A DNA stretch of 64,000 nt from Felis catus. Its lineage: Eukaryota. The translations under genes were made by a program, and so were the position numbers. Position 1 is the stretch's first letter; every line of letters begins with the position of its first letter. Location of the stretch: the NCBI RefSeq assembly GCF_018350175.1, contig NC_058368.1, forward strand, positions 201,750,001 through 201,814,000. The letters are read 5' to 3'. Positions 11,689 through 24,860 of the stretch are shown in pieces. The notes beneath the pieces are model-generated. The model saw nothing but the letters and a program-made list of their open reading frames with translations. It had not been told where the DNA came from and made no database searches.

Positions 11689-11918
11689 TTTTTATTATTA
11701 TTATTATTATTATTTTTTTTTTTAGTGTTTCTTTATTTTCGAGAGACAGAGTATGAGTGGGAAAGGGGCAGAGAGAGAGGGAGACGCAGAATCCAAAGCA
11801 GGCTCCAGGCCCTGAGCTGTCAGCACAGAGCCTGACATGGGGCTCGAACTCACAAACCCTGAGATCATGACCTGAGCCGAAGTTGGACGCTTAACCGACT
11901 GAGCCACCCAGGCGCCCC
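11689..11918 (-). mobile_element. CAN-SINE (SINEC_Fc2-like) with (TTA)n tail
   Basis: Reverse complement of GGGGCGCCTGGGTGGCTCAGTCGGTTAAGCG; TSD TCCTCTCAG. Confidence 0.93.
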
Positions 11919-13305
11919 TCCTCTCAGTTATTTCTAACACAGATTGCTTTTGGAGCAAAAAAATGGTACCAATATTTACCATTTATAATATACCAAGGAG
12001 TAATTTATACACAGATTATTTTTCTCTTTTAACTCTTAACACCTCCAGACAGTAGCTACTATTCACAAATAAGCTTAATGGTTGAAATCTGCCCAATTTC
12101 ACCTGGTTAATGAGTGGCAGAGCTGATCCAATATGGACTGACCCATGTTAGCAACTCACTCAAAAGGGACAGGTGTGACCCTTAGCACTAAGACAATTTC
12201 TCAAGACCCTTCGGGTTTTATCAAATTAACTCAGATCATCAGAATGTATAACCTCAGACTTCCTACACCGATCTTTAGAAGAAACAGCCATTATGGAATA
12301 AGTTGGGGTCTTCCTAAGCCACAGAGGTGGTGAGGAAGAAGGGGACAGAACTGCAGTCAATGACGCAGGGTTCCAAATTTGCAGTAAATTCACCTTAGAG
12401 TTCAGACCAATGGAAATTTTTATTTTGCACTTAATTTTTGAAGACTTTTTTTCACTCAAGATTTCAGCAAGATTTAAACGTAATAGTAATATTAGGGTCT
12501 TTGGTTTTCCCTGTACCTAACCTGCAATCCCCAGTGACCCCACCCTCTGTACCAGGCAGATTCAGATTCTTTTCCTCGTATGGGAAATTGCCATTCCTGT
12601 GTACCATTCCCTAAGAAACCTAGTCTATGTTTCTCTTTTACTTGATAGACTAACTGGAACAAAAATATAACAAGTCAGTAGCTAAAGTTCCAATTTTCAC
12701 ATTACATTAGCATTTCTAAAGTGTGACTTCAACATCTAAAATGAGTTAATTCTTAAACTTGGACACCCAGATCCCTAGATGCTCTTGGATTCAAAAGGCG
12801 GGAATTAACTGGTCTACAGGAAAGTTAATGCTGTGTTTAAAGTTAATGGTAGTGCAAAATGTACGCATGAGCACGTCTGGTGTAAGGACCACCTCCGCAT
12901 AATGGAGAGCCACCATGAGATTTCAGTCCTGGCACTGGTGTTTGTGTTTACTATTATGCTGGCACCACGGAGAGCTGCTACAGTTGCCACTGGCTGATAA
13001 TAAAAGAGAAAAAGACTTCAAAGCTCAATTACACCAGATGATGTCATAGTCAGCTACATCAACAAAAGTTCCAAGGTAGTTCAAATAGAGCATAGAGAGT
13101 GCACAAGGGCAACACTGTTGCTTTCTTCGTGCTGATTTCAAAAGGAATAGGCACTCAAGGAGCCCGCACTACATGCAGACGGTGGTGGTAACAACTTCGG
13201 CAAAACAGTACCATGCAACAGATTAAATTAACGTACTGATTTTACAATCCAAATCTGAGCACTTTATTTTGATTTGCACCTCAGTTATAAATTGAATTTG
13301 GTTTA

Positions 13306-13542
13306 CGGATGAACATAAGGGAACGGAAGCAAAAAGAATATAAAAACAGGGAGGGTGACAAAAACACAAGAGACTCTTAAATATGGAGAACAAACAGAGG
13401 GTTACTGGAGGGTTTGTGAGAGGGGAGATGGGCTAAATGGGTAAGGGGCATTAAGGAATCGACTCCTGAAATCATTGTTGCACTGTATGCTAACTAACTT
13501 GAATGTAAATTTAAAAGATAAATTAAATAAAAATTAAAAAAA
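13306..13542 (+). mobile_element. Heavily 5'-truncated carnivore/feline L1 3'UTR
   Basis: GGAGAACAAACAGAGGGTTACTGGAGGG...GAAATCATTGTTGCACTGTATGCTAACTAACTTG followed by an A-rich tail; TSD ATAAATTGAATTT. Confidence 0.85.
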
Positions 13543-13823
13543 ATAAATTGAATTTTGTTTTAAGTGAAAACTCAACATATGAAGAATCTGAACCTAATTT
13601 TATGTTTGTATTTAAATTCAAAGATTTGCAACACTTTTTTTCCTTTTAAAAACAACTTAAGTCTGATCAATGGAAATTCAGTATAAAGTCATACACAGTT
13701 TAAAATCATTTCCATGGTCTCTGTTACACTTAGCCTTTGCATGATAAAGATTCTAATGAGGCTGATCACTATACTATATCTCTTAGATATAGTGTAGTAT
13801 ATCTGTTAGATATAGTATAGTAT

Positions 13824-13928
13824 CAGAGCACAGCCTGATACTGGGTTTGATCCCACGACCCTAGGATCAAAACCTGAGCTGAAATCAAGAGTCAGAAGAT
13901 CAGCCAACTGAGCCACCCAAGCGCCCCT
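13824..13928 (-). mobile_element. Tail-less CAN-SINE 5' half
   Basis: CTGAGCCACCCAAGCGCCCC end; the 3' half is missing and abuts a palindrome. Confidence 0.8.
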
Positions 13929-14049
13929 CTTCCAGGGGCCCGTCTTTTAATGCCTTCACATTCTCCCTATATTCATTCTGTGCTGAAAATATATCCCAAG
14001 TCTAATATAAAGCGAAGGGACAGCTACGAATATATGAAAACCAGATTAG

Positions 14050-14260
14050 TGGATGGGTCAAAAATACTGATCTGATGTCAAACTCTGACTCTACTGCTGT
14101 GACACAAGTACCTTGCTTAATCTCTCTGGGTCTCGGTTTCATTATCTAGGAAGTGTGGATAGTGACAGTACCTGCTGGACAGGGGTGTGGTGAAGATCAA
14201 GTGAGTTAATGTAGGTAAAGTACTTACTACAGTGCCTGGCATACATTAAGCATTGCATCA
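14050..14260 (+). mobile_element. MIR fragment
   Basis: CTTAATCTCTCTGGGTCTCGGTTTCATTATCT...GTGAAGATCAAGTGAGTTAATGTAGGTAAAGTACTTA..ACAGTGCCTGGCATAC. Confidence 0.75.
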
Positions 14261-14914
14261 GCATTGCTGCTGCAATTGTTAAGCTGGTCTAGTTGCCAGA
14301 AACAAACCAGATAAAGAATCACAGAAAAAGTTTGATGTGTTCCTTATCTGCCGAGAACAAACCAGAGCAATAATGAGAAAGGGGCTAGATTTTGAACCTG
14401 CCTTCCTAACTTGCTATATGTTTCTGGAAAACATATTTCAGTTTCCTCTTTTACTTTATGGTGAAGATGAGTTCAGATGTTTTGAAATCATGTAATTTTA
14501 GACCAGAAGGGATCACAGTCAAACTCAGTTATTTACAATGAAGGAAAAGTACGTTAGATTAAAATTTATCAGGAATCATTAAAAAAAAGTTCTAGTCCAT
14601 ATACTAAACTGTCCATAGAACTAAAATTTATCCACAGAGTAACCTTTTTTAAATTGTTAACCACTTAGATGGAAATATTAATAAAATGTTATATATTCTA
14701 CAAAGTGATTAAACAGCAAACATAGAACATAGCTTTCCTTAATTTTTCAGAGTTGGAATTTACACATCACTTCTTTTTCTGAGCCCAAACGATATACTCA
14801 GACATCATTAAAGGGCAGAAAGTTATATATTCTGCATTTTTATAATTCTTGTCTTATTTGGATCAACATTTCACTAAAAAAAAAAAAAAGGTTACGTGCA
14901 TAACAAACGTGCAT

Positions 14915-15130
14915 AAAGTTAAGAACATGGACTTTGGATAATCAGGTGTCAATACAGGTTCATCAGCTGTAACACACGTATCACTCCACTAGGACACCCT
15001 GATAGCAGAAAGGCTATGCACCTGTGGGGGCAGGAGGCATATGGAAAATCTCTGTATCTTGTCCTCAGTTTTGCCGTGAACCTAAAACTGCTCTACGAAA
15101 ATAAATTCATGAAAAAAGAAAAAAAAATAA
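14915..15130 (+). mobile_element. Old L1M 3' end
   Basis: ATGGACTTTGG...TATGGAAAATCTCTGTA...TTTTGCCGTGAACCTAAAACTGCTCTA..AATAAA followed by an A-tail. Confidence 0.75.
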
Positions 15131-16666
15131 CAACAGGAAGAAAATTGGTGAGAGGGAAGAAAATCAGAGGAGGGGGAATAAAATTATGTGCCAACTTGGA
15201 TGGCGTAACACAGGGGCAGGCTCCATGCTCATTAGCTCCAAGACCTGTAGGATACTGGCTCAACACAGAAAACAAAATCTAACTGAAAAAACAAAACCAG
15301 TTCCACTGGAAAAGCATACCTCATCCCCGTCCAGGAAACTGACAAAATTCCTCAGTCTTATATTTCTTTTTATAAGGACTCAAAAGTCCTTACAGAGATC
15401 ACATTCTATGTGCTAACCGTATGTTGTAAGTTGAATTTAGTTTTAGAGATGTATGCTTCAAAATGTTAAGGGTTTATTATCCAATTTTTATATGATCATA
15501 TTTAAACCTAACAGTAGGAATCTGCAAGAATTTGCAAGAATACTTCCTTATCTTAATTTCCTTTCACATGTAACCCACACATAACTCACATTTGAGCAAT
15601 GTAAACTCAAAAACTTAAGACGATTCTAGAGCTCTATAATATGTACAACCCTTAATACCTACCCCACATAAGCTTCCTTTTACATCTGTAATGGTCAGGT
15701 AAAATGACCACAATAAATTCCCTATTTAGTCAATGAAATAAAGTTTTTGAAAGTACTTTCTCTTGGAACATTGCTCAATTAAAATCCATTAAAATATAGA
15801 TGAACACGTCAACTGCATCATTATGGAGGGTGTGAACCATGTGTTTAAACATAACAATAATCTAATGATCTCTCTTAATATAAATTGAGGTAAAATTTGT
15901 ATATTCAGAAGAATAAATAATCCTTTGGGAATTCTCCAGTAATACAAATTCTTAAAGCTGACGTATAGGATAGGATTTAACAAATTTGTATTGTGACTAT
16001 ATGCTAGTATGTTTTAAAAGTCAGTTTGACTGGATAATTTTGTTTATACACTATAAATTCATTGCTTTAGTCAAGGTCCAAAGAGAAACTAAAGGGTTTA
16101 TTTAAAGATGGAATGTTTCAAGAATGTAGGTATAGGAACTAAGGACAGTACAATAGCCCAGGGCAGGTGGCTCCTAATTGTTACCACCTCTAGGCCCCAG
16201 GAGCAAGCACGGGGAACTAGTAATAGAATCCAGTAAGAGAGAGAGTCAGTCATGCAAAGGCTGTGGCCTAGAGTAGAAAAGAAAGCTTCAGTTGAAGGAC
16301 TAGTCAACTCAAGGGGACCTCTTAGGGTGGAAACCAAAGGCAATAAATACTTCCTTCTTATACTTGCTTCCTCCTCTATTGGTCACATTTGAGACACAGC
16401 AACACATTAGAACCTGCACCCCCACAGATAGCCTCCACAGGAGAGGGCAGGGTGTTGGAGGGCGAAGAGTGGACCTGGGTGGGCAAACAGAAGGAATGCA
16501 GCCTTGTTCTAAAGGTGAGCTCTGCCAGCTAAATTATTGAAGCAGCTCTTGGTAATGGATGGACTCCTCTCCTGAGGCACTCACTTCAAAAAGCTCTTAT
16601 TAAATAAGAATGGGGGGAGAGGGTTGAGCAAAATAGAAATTTATTTTTTATTCTTGGGAAACTTAC

Positions 16667-16733
16667 TTTTTTAGCTGATGTCCCAATCCAAATCGCTCTT
16701 TTGTAGAAATCTGAAAGACATCAACAGTGGGCA
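16667..16733 (-). CDS. PARP8: PARP8 coding exon (67 nt), (V)PTVDVFQISTKERFGLGHQLK(K)
   Basis: ttttcctttgcag| acceptor and |gtaagt donor; phase 1-2. Confidence 0.96.
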
Positions 16734-17264
16734 CTGCAAAGGAAAAAATAATCAGTCAAAATGTTGAGTTAAAACTGAACCATCAGCCAGGAATGACTGC
16801 AAAGTAATATATATGATAAACTATAGTATGTACACAAACATATATGTTTATATATTATATAATACACAATACATAGTGATATACACATACATATTTAAAA
16901 ATAGCATACACACACTCCTACATACATTGCTATTTATTTTGGAGATCATTCATGGTCATGACATATCATGTACTAATGCATAATACATGTATAATGATGA
17001 AGAATGGCCAAAAAATACAGCAGTGTAAATGGCAATGTGTAGGACAGTTTGTACATGATTCTTTAAGTGGAGGAGACACATATTTATACATACACAACCT
17101 TTTTTTGTTTTTACAATAAAACAGTGTATGACGAGGCATAGGAGACTTTCTTTTCACTGGGTAGCCTGTCATGTGCTTCATATTTTTACCAGGTATATGC
17201 ATTTCTGTAAGCTAGTAACTATGATGTTTGTGAATTTAATAAACTGTCAAAAAAAGTCACTCAC

Positions 17265-17805
17265 CATTCATTATTCACAGGTTTTAAAGAATATCTGAGG
17301 GTCCACTGCGCCAATCACTATAGATAGAATGGTAAAAAACAAAAACAAACAAACAAACAAACAAAAAAAACATGCACACAAGTCTTCTTGCCCCATGAAG
17401 CCTTGGTGCAGTGTAAGGAGACAGACAAAAGCTAGATAGACGGAATGCCCCATGGTGGTAAAGGTTCTGGAGGAAAAGAAAAAAGGGAAAGGGTCTTGGA
17501 GTAAAGGTTGTATGGGCATAGTAGGTTCCAACACTAGATAGGATGAAGTGTCCTAGCCAGAAGAAATCACCAGGGCACTGTCCCTGAGAAAGAAATGTGC
17601 TTCAATATTCTAGGAACAGCAAGGAGACCAGTGGAGCCAGAGAGAAGTGAACAAGGTACCACATTAGGAGAGGGGATCTGAGAAGGACTGTGGGTTGGCA
17701 GAGTAGGATCTTTGTAAAGAACACAGTACAAGTAGCAAGACCGCTCAGGAACTTATCAGAGTAACTGACAAGAGATGCTGTGGTTTGGATCAGTGGAGGT
17801 GGTGA
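17265..17805 (-). mobile_element. L2 fragment
   Basis: CATTCATT end and purine-rich L2-like body (GGAACAGCAAGGAGACCAGTG, GGTTTGGATCAGTGGAGGTGG). Confidence 0.55.
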
Positions 17806-18168
17806 ACTGTCTTGTTAAAAGGACATTCACAGACTATGCACGTTCGACAGTGTAAACCAAACCGGTATCCCCAATTGCTTCACCCCTGTGTTGGCTGTTA
17901 TTCTGGGACACAAACGCTCTACTGATCAAAGAAAACTGGTGTTAGTATCATCTATCAGTTCCCTTCCTGAAAGCATTCTAATCCTTATATATAGAGTGAG
18001 GAACAGAGTGGACACTTTAATCCCCCCCGTTCCAAACCCAGGACTACAGAAATTCAACAATGAATAAAAAATCCTAACATCTTGAAAGTTTGGTGGAATT
18101 ATTTTTTTAAGAGAAAGATAACAAAATTGGAACATGCTGTGCTCTCTCTTAAAAGATTTAAGAAGGGG

Positions 18169-18396
18169 GGGGCGCATGGGTGGCTCAGTCGGTTGAGTGT
18201 CCAACTTCGGCTCGGGTCATGATCTCACAGTCTGTGAGTTTGAGCCCCGCGTCGGGCTCTGTGCCGACAGCTCGGAGCCTGGAGCCTGGAGCCGGCTTTG
18301 GATTCTGTCTCCCTCTCTCTCTGACCCTCCCCCGCTCATGCTCTGTCTCCCTCTGTCTCAAAAATATATAAACATTAAAAAAATTTATAAAAAAAT
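18169..18396 (+). mobile_element. CAN-SINE with an extra GGAGCCT unit
   Basis: Full SINE structure; TSD ATTTAAGAAGG. Confidence 0.92.
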
Positions 18397-20959
18397 ATTT
18401 AAGAAGGCACAATCTCTTCACAGGCAGATGAAAAAAGCGGGGAGATGGAGGCAGACAAACAAAAGGGACCTGGTTAAAAATAAAATGTAGAAAAATCTAA
18501 AATGCACTAGAAGAACTGAAATAATCACTGGAAGAAATTGTGTAAGATACACAGATAGAGAAAAGAGAGATGATAGATACAAACGTTCATCCAGAATATA
18601 TAAATTAATCCTACAAACTAATGACACAAAGACCCAAACTTATTCATACCATGAATGCTTAGAAAATAAGCGTCAACATTTTACCCAAATGATAAATCTT
18701 ATAGGGAAATGTAAGTTACAAACATTGGCTCAATTGATATAAAATCTGAATGACCAAAATTTTAGGATATACTGAAAGAGAGAGTAACAACAGGATGTTA
18801 CTTCCAAAAATGTTCCAAGATTCAAGTGATAAAACTTACTATTACAATTAATTGCATTTAATGTGTTCAGTAGGTGTTAATAAACCGTGAAACTAGATGT
18901 GGAGTGGATTGGGATGCTGTACTACCTTTGCAATTTTTTGGTAAATCTCAAATTGTTTTTAGATTAATATTTATAAAAAATTTTAAATAGCCTTCTGATA
19001 ACTAAAAGTGGAATATAAAAGTCCCATTAAGCCAACAATTAGCAAACAAGTACTCATGATTAAATTTAGCTAAAATTAGTGACCTCAGGCAGAAAAAAAA
19101 AAAAAAGCACAGAACTATACTGATATATAAAACTAAAAACAACAAACAAATCTTCCTTTAACGGAAAAGTAAATATTACTTTGGAAAGGCAGTAAGTGAG
19201 AGCTGCTTAAGATATTTGGAAATTATTCTAATGCTCTGATCATGTAAACATAGAGGTACTATTGATGAGATGATGTGCACAGAAAAACAGTTTTAATAAT
19301 GTTGGCTGTTTATCACTTTAACCTAAAAGCAGTCTTGTGCTTCAGATCAGAAACTAGACTTAGACACTAATAACTGTGAAGAAAATACATAATATAAGAA
19401 TTATAACACTCACGTCTTTTTATTTCAAGTGTATTTCTTCATGTACAATGAAAATAATCCTTATCCTTAATATTAGAGTGGATTAGGAGGTGTAAGAACA
19501 GATATACTGTCAGATTAGCCCTGGCCAAATATTACAGCTCAAGTAAGTATTATTCACACATTTCCAAAACCTAGGAATAAATGCTTTCAAAAAGAACTGT
19601 TAACTAGGTCAGTCTACATGTTGGATTAGTCATAAAACTTGCTTGAGGTAAGTTAAGACTGAAGTGTACCAATCAAAAAGAAATACATAAAAGATACCAT
19701 TAAGGAAAAAAAGAAAAAATAGCCCAATAAGTACACATAACAAAACACAAACTTAACACCAAAACCGGTGTCTTACAAATGAATAAAATTAAAACACTTC
19801 AGACACAAACTGGCAGAGGTCTCTGAAGTATTTTTACCTCTTTTAGGGCAACTATTATGACCCCATCAACTTCTACCAGGTCAAATTTGTCTTGTTCACA
19901 AAACAGAGAGTCATTCTCAGGTATGAAAAAAGGAAGCATCACCCTCATGTCTCTTTGGTTTACAAACTATTAAATAGGCAAATCAACTGACAAAAATGAA
20001 AAAAGGAAGACTAAATTATAGATGAGTTGTAATACCAAAGAATGGGTACTGAACAATAAAATCATCTAAATAGGAATTAGAATATAATTGTTAGAACATT
20101 TATAAAACCATGCAAACATAACAAATTTTTAAAGAGATACTGAGAAGGAAAAATCTCTGCCTAAAATTCAAGATTATATTCAAAAATTGAGTAACATTGG
20201 TAAGATTACATAAAAGTATGCCACATTTTCATCTCACACAGACGGAATAGGGTGAGCAGAGATGAACTGACCCAATTTTGTTTCTAACTCTGATAATTAA
20301 AAAAAAAAAAAAAAAGGTCAGACATGAGAGTTTCTTTTTATTCTAATCACCATCAGAATAAAATCAAGTGGCCACGTATCAAATCCCTAAAGAAAGAAAA
20401 AACAGCCATACAGCAGAGTATCTAGGAAAACCACAAAAACACATACACCTGGAAGGTGGAATATTATGCAGAGATTAAAATTATTCTATTTTAGAAATTC
20501 AATGAGTTGAAGACAGCTTCATGACACTACATTAGGGTGCGTAATTCTACAATTCAACGTTAACTTTATGAAAACAAACCATGTGTGCACGGAAAAGAGA
20601 AACACCAAACTATTTACAGTGTTCTCAGTATAGAGGAATTATGAGTAATTCCTTTTCTTCCTTATTACATTTTTATACGTTTTTAAATAATCACAATAAA
20701 AATATGTAACATCTATTTGTCTTTGCCTGGTGTTAAATCATGTCATGTTATTTGCATGAAGCGTTGACTACTGAAGTAGAAATCATTGTCTCATTATGCA
20801 AAAATAGAAAAGAACTGACTCAACAGAAACTTTTTCAAAATGAGAGACCTTCCTATATATTCATCAGCTTGAAAGGTCAGATACTTTTCTTATGTAAGAA
20901 CTAACAGTAGATATAAGTTCTTTAATACGCCTAAGGAAAACGTGCCAACATCACAGTAA

Positions 20960-21422
20960 AGTATACGTGAAGATGGCCATGACTTTTAAGAAGTGATTCT
21001 AGGTGCGTTTTCAACTGCTTTGATCAATACAATCCAGTGGAAGATTCACTGTGCTTCTTTCCAGGTAACATCCGCATCCTGTCTCTGGGAACACTTGCTT
21101 TTGGACAACGGCCAATCATCATGCTACAAGAAGCCTAAACCACATGAAGAGGCCATGTGGATGGAAGGTGAACACTCAAGTCAAGAGGCCCCAGCTGATA
21201 TCCAAGATGATACATGCATCAATTACTAGATATCTCAAAGTCCAGCATCTTGGGCATCCAACCCAGCAGAGCCTTTCAACGGATATATGCTCCACCTACC
21301 ATCTGACTTCAAAAGCATGGGGGACTCCAGTTGAGTTCAAACAACAGAGAGAGACAGTAAATTGTTTTAAGCCACTAAGTTTTGGGGTGGTTTGTTGTGC
21401 GGCAGTATATAACTGGAAGACA
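20960..21422 (+). mobile_element. MaLR (MLT1-like) LTR
   Basis: Typical 3' end AAATTGTTTTAAGCCACTAAGTTTTGGGGTGGTTTGTTGTGCGGCAGTATATAAC. Confidence 0.7.
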
Positions 21423-21621
21423 CGAGTAGATACAGTGTATGTGTGTGTATGCATGTGTAGACACGTGCACGCCCATCTGAATACATGCACTGGTATGTGT
21501 ATTTGCATAGGAAATATATCTTAATCTAGTAAGTCTTGTCAATATTTAATAACAGCATCCTTTGTTGTAAATAGTTATCACTTGAGAAAGAATAAAATCA
21601 TCCCTTAAGACAGTGGAAAAC

Positions 21622-21738
21622 AGGTGCCTGGGTGGTTAGGTGTCCGACTTTGGCTCAAGTCATGATCTCACGGTTCATGGGTTCAAGCCCCATGGTGGGC
21701 TCTGTGCTGACAGCTCAGAGGTTAGAGGCTGCTTCTGA

Positions 21739-21780
<42 letters not shown>

Positions 21781-21850
21781 CCCTCCCCTGCTCATGCTTG
21801 GCCTCTCTCTCTCTCTCTCAAAAATAAACATTAAAAAAAATTTAAAAAAA
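21622..21850 (+). mobile_element. CAN-SINE with an internal (GT)n expansion
   Basis: SINE body in which the TGTGTCTCCC segment is replaced by about 19 TG units. Confidence 0.88.
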
Positions 21851-22293
21851 GATAATGGAAAACAAAAATATTACTAAGATCTCTATTTTCAAAAATAGAA
21901 GTAGGTTATATTTATAGTTATACTAAATTCATCAGTAATCAGAGGTGGGATAAGTAAACATTAAAATTAAATCTCAGAATCAAGGGCAAAAATAATTAAA
22001 TCTAAGAGCAATCCAAAATGCACTTACTGAGCTTGTATGCAAAGTTCTCTTTTAGGTTTTACTGTGTTTGTTTCACAGCAACTTGTCAACTTCTGAAATC
22101 TAAAACTAAAACGTTACATGTTTCTGTTTCCATTAAATTACAAAAGCAATAAACCACCTTTTGTCAGGATGCCAAGTATACTTAATTACCATTATCAAGA
22201 TAGCTACCAATTATGTTCATAATTACCAGATGAACATTTTGCTTAATGCACAATTAATTCATATTTAAAATAATACATAGAAGGAAAACTAAC

Positions 22294-22384
22294 CTGGACC
22301 ATTTAAATACTGTGTAAGTGAACAGTGTAGTCGGACAATTATAGGTTCTGTTCGAATTACTTCCCAAGCCACAGCAATCTCCTC
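22294..22384 (-). CDS. PARP8: PARP8 coding exon (91 nt), EEIAVAWEVIRTEPIIVRLHCSLTQYLNGP(V)
   Basis: gcacag| acceptor and |gttagt donor; phase 0-1. Confidence 0.96.
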
Positions 22385-22859
22385 CTGTGCAAATATGTCA
22401 AAAGACGAATTAGTCATCTTTTAAAATTCTTGTTTTCCCAAAATGAAAAAAAATTTTGATTTATTTTGAAGAAATACATAAATCTTAAGGCTCACAAATT
22501 ACCTCAAAACCTATTGGTTTGGAAAAGAAAGTCAAAGTATTCTTAATTTTTGCCTCCTACATTTGAAAATTAAAGTGAAAATTTAAGATATAATGAAATA
22601 TTATAATAAGAGCCCATAAGTTTCAGAATATATTAAAAGAAACAATGAAATATATATGTATGTATTTACATATATATAAAACATATTTATTTATTTATTT
22701 ATGTGTATGCCAAATCTGTTTCTTCAGCCATAGTATTTCTTTATAATCACTTTAACAAAATCAGTATGTAACTAATAAGAGAAACAAATATTAAATTTCT
22801 TCCGACAGTAAAAATAAGTGTTTAAATGTACCAATCATATTGTATAAAGTGATACTTAC

Positions 22860-22920
22860 GTCAAGAAAGCTAACATCAATATGCAGGTCAATATCTACAT
22901 CATCAATGGCTCCATATTCC
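22860..22920 (-). CDS. PARP8: PARP8 coding exon (61 nt), (R)EYGAIDDVDIDLHIDVSFLD
   Basis: ctttcag| acceptor and |gtaagt donor; phase 2-0. Confidence 0.96.
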
Positions 22921-24672
22921 CTGAAAGCAAAGATTCACACTAATTTTTACCTTGTCCTTAAAAGATAATGTGTGCAAGGTTAAGTCAAAAATTCAATTAA
23001 GAACTCATATCCTTCATCTCTGCCAAGAGCTCAGAAGTGACCGAGGACATGAATTAACTAACTCCATGGAGTGGGACTGCTGTCTTCTGTGACTATTTAT
23101 ACCATCTCGACATCTTTCTATTTATATGTACAAACACTTGCATACATAAATTCAAGAATTGTTTGCTTTGTAAGTTCAAACATCCCCATTTCTCTGTGGC
23201 AAATTAAGCAATCTTCTCATATGACCACTTGGTTTTCATTGTGCTCTCTGAAGAGCTGCTTCGAAGGCAATTCAAAAAGGAGTTTCTGAAGGGGTGGGGA
23301 AATAATTTACTGTCACAACAGCGTGTCCACGATTTTTTCCTTCCATGCTAAACATCAGTGGTTCTGAAACGGACCCAGGTGTTCTGCCACTTAAATGTCA
23401 TTACGTTCTGACAGGCAGCTCTAAAAGTCTGATACATCAAAATTAAAGCAAGTAACAATAGTATGTGCCACATGAAGACATTCTGAAAACTACCTTTTCT
23501 CCAGCCCAGGTAGTGCGGAAACCAGCAGAGTTTTTTTAAAGTTAATTAAAGAATATAAAAACAATAGTTTTTCCACGTTCTCTCTATACATGTATCTGTA
23601 TTTTTTATATTTTTACAAAATTACGAAGTCACAAAGGTTATACACAGTGCGGGATAGAATTATACAGATAACTGAAATGATAAACATTAAGCACTTATGT
23701 GCCATAAATTAACCTAAGGATTTTACCTACATGTGATCATAGCGCACTATAGATACTACCTACCACCTCTAACTCCTATATGCATTAACTGAGTCCCTAA
23801 CTTACCCATCCATCATCACTTTGTAGATAGCCAAGATTTAAACACATATATTCTATTTATTTATGCAGGTGATCAATCAGTTCAATATTCAATACACTAT
23901 CACTCTGTTGGAAACCGAGTCAATTATTAATGGATGTTCTCATTAGGTCCTCAAAGCCTTATGACAAGGATACGATTATTATCCTCATTGGTAAATGAAG
24001 AAATTGAGGATTAGAGTCTTGAAATCAGATACCAAGGAGCAGATAAGGAGTCAGGGGGGAAGTCAGGCATCGAATTCATGTCCAATTTCAAAGCTGTGTA
24101 TAGTGTCTGGCACATAGTAAGTACTCAATGACAATTTCTGTGTATTATATATTCAAGTAAAGCTAACACAATACACAACTGTGGCACTTGTTTGGGGTTC
24201 AGAGAAGACATCTTTAATGATTAAATGTTTTTTTGTAATTTGACGGATAAAGGAATTAAAGGGGTTTGTGATGTTTGATGTCTGTGACACACAAAAAGCA
24301 GCATATTACAATATAAAAACTTAGCCTCTGTAGTTTCTCCATTGCCCCCTTAAAAATATATCAAAACCCTGACCATGTTTTCATTGTTTATGAAATTATA
24401 CTTTTTGTTCTTTCATATAATATTTTTAGATTACATAAAGAACAAAAGGGATAAAAATGATTCACATAGGAATTAATTTTTCAAAAACACTGCATGGATC
24501 AAAACATCTGTGTTATTCATAAAGGATAAGAATATAACCTTATGCAAATTAGGACATGATTTGACATGCACATTTAGATACAAAGATCTACCCATTTATT
24601 TATGAAATTACACAGACACTATGGCAAGAATAAGGACCAAGGAAATAAACCATCTCTTTAATGCCTCTGGTT

Positions 24673-24860
24673 CAGGGGTCAGTAAAGTTTCTGTGCAAAG
24701 GTCATAACAGTATTTTAGTTTTCAGGCCTTTTCTGGTCTCTGTCACATATTCCTCTTTGTTTTTGTTCTTTAAACCTTTTAAAAAGCAAACACTATCTAT
24801 GGCTCACAGGCTATTCAAAAACAGGACCCTTGACCCAGTGGTCATAATTTGCGGATCCTA
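24673..24860. mobile_element. hAT-Charlie (MER58-like) DNA transposon remnant
   Basis: CAGGGGTCAGTAAA start, GTCTCTGTCACATATTC, and an ATAATTTGCGGATCCT end resembling the TIR. Confidence 0.55.
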
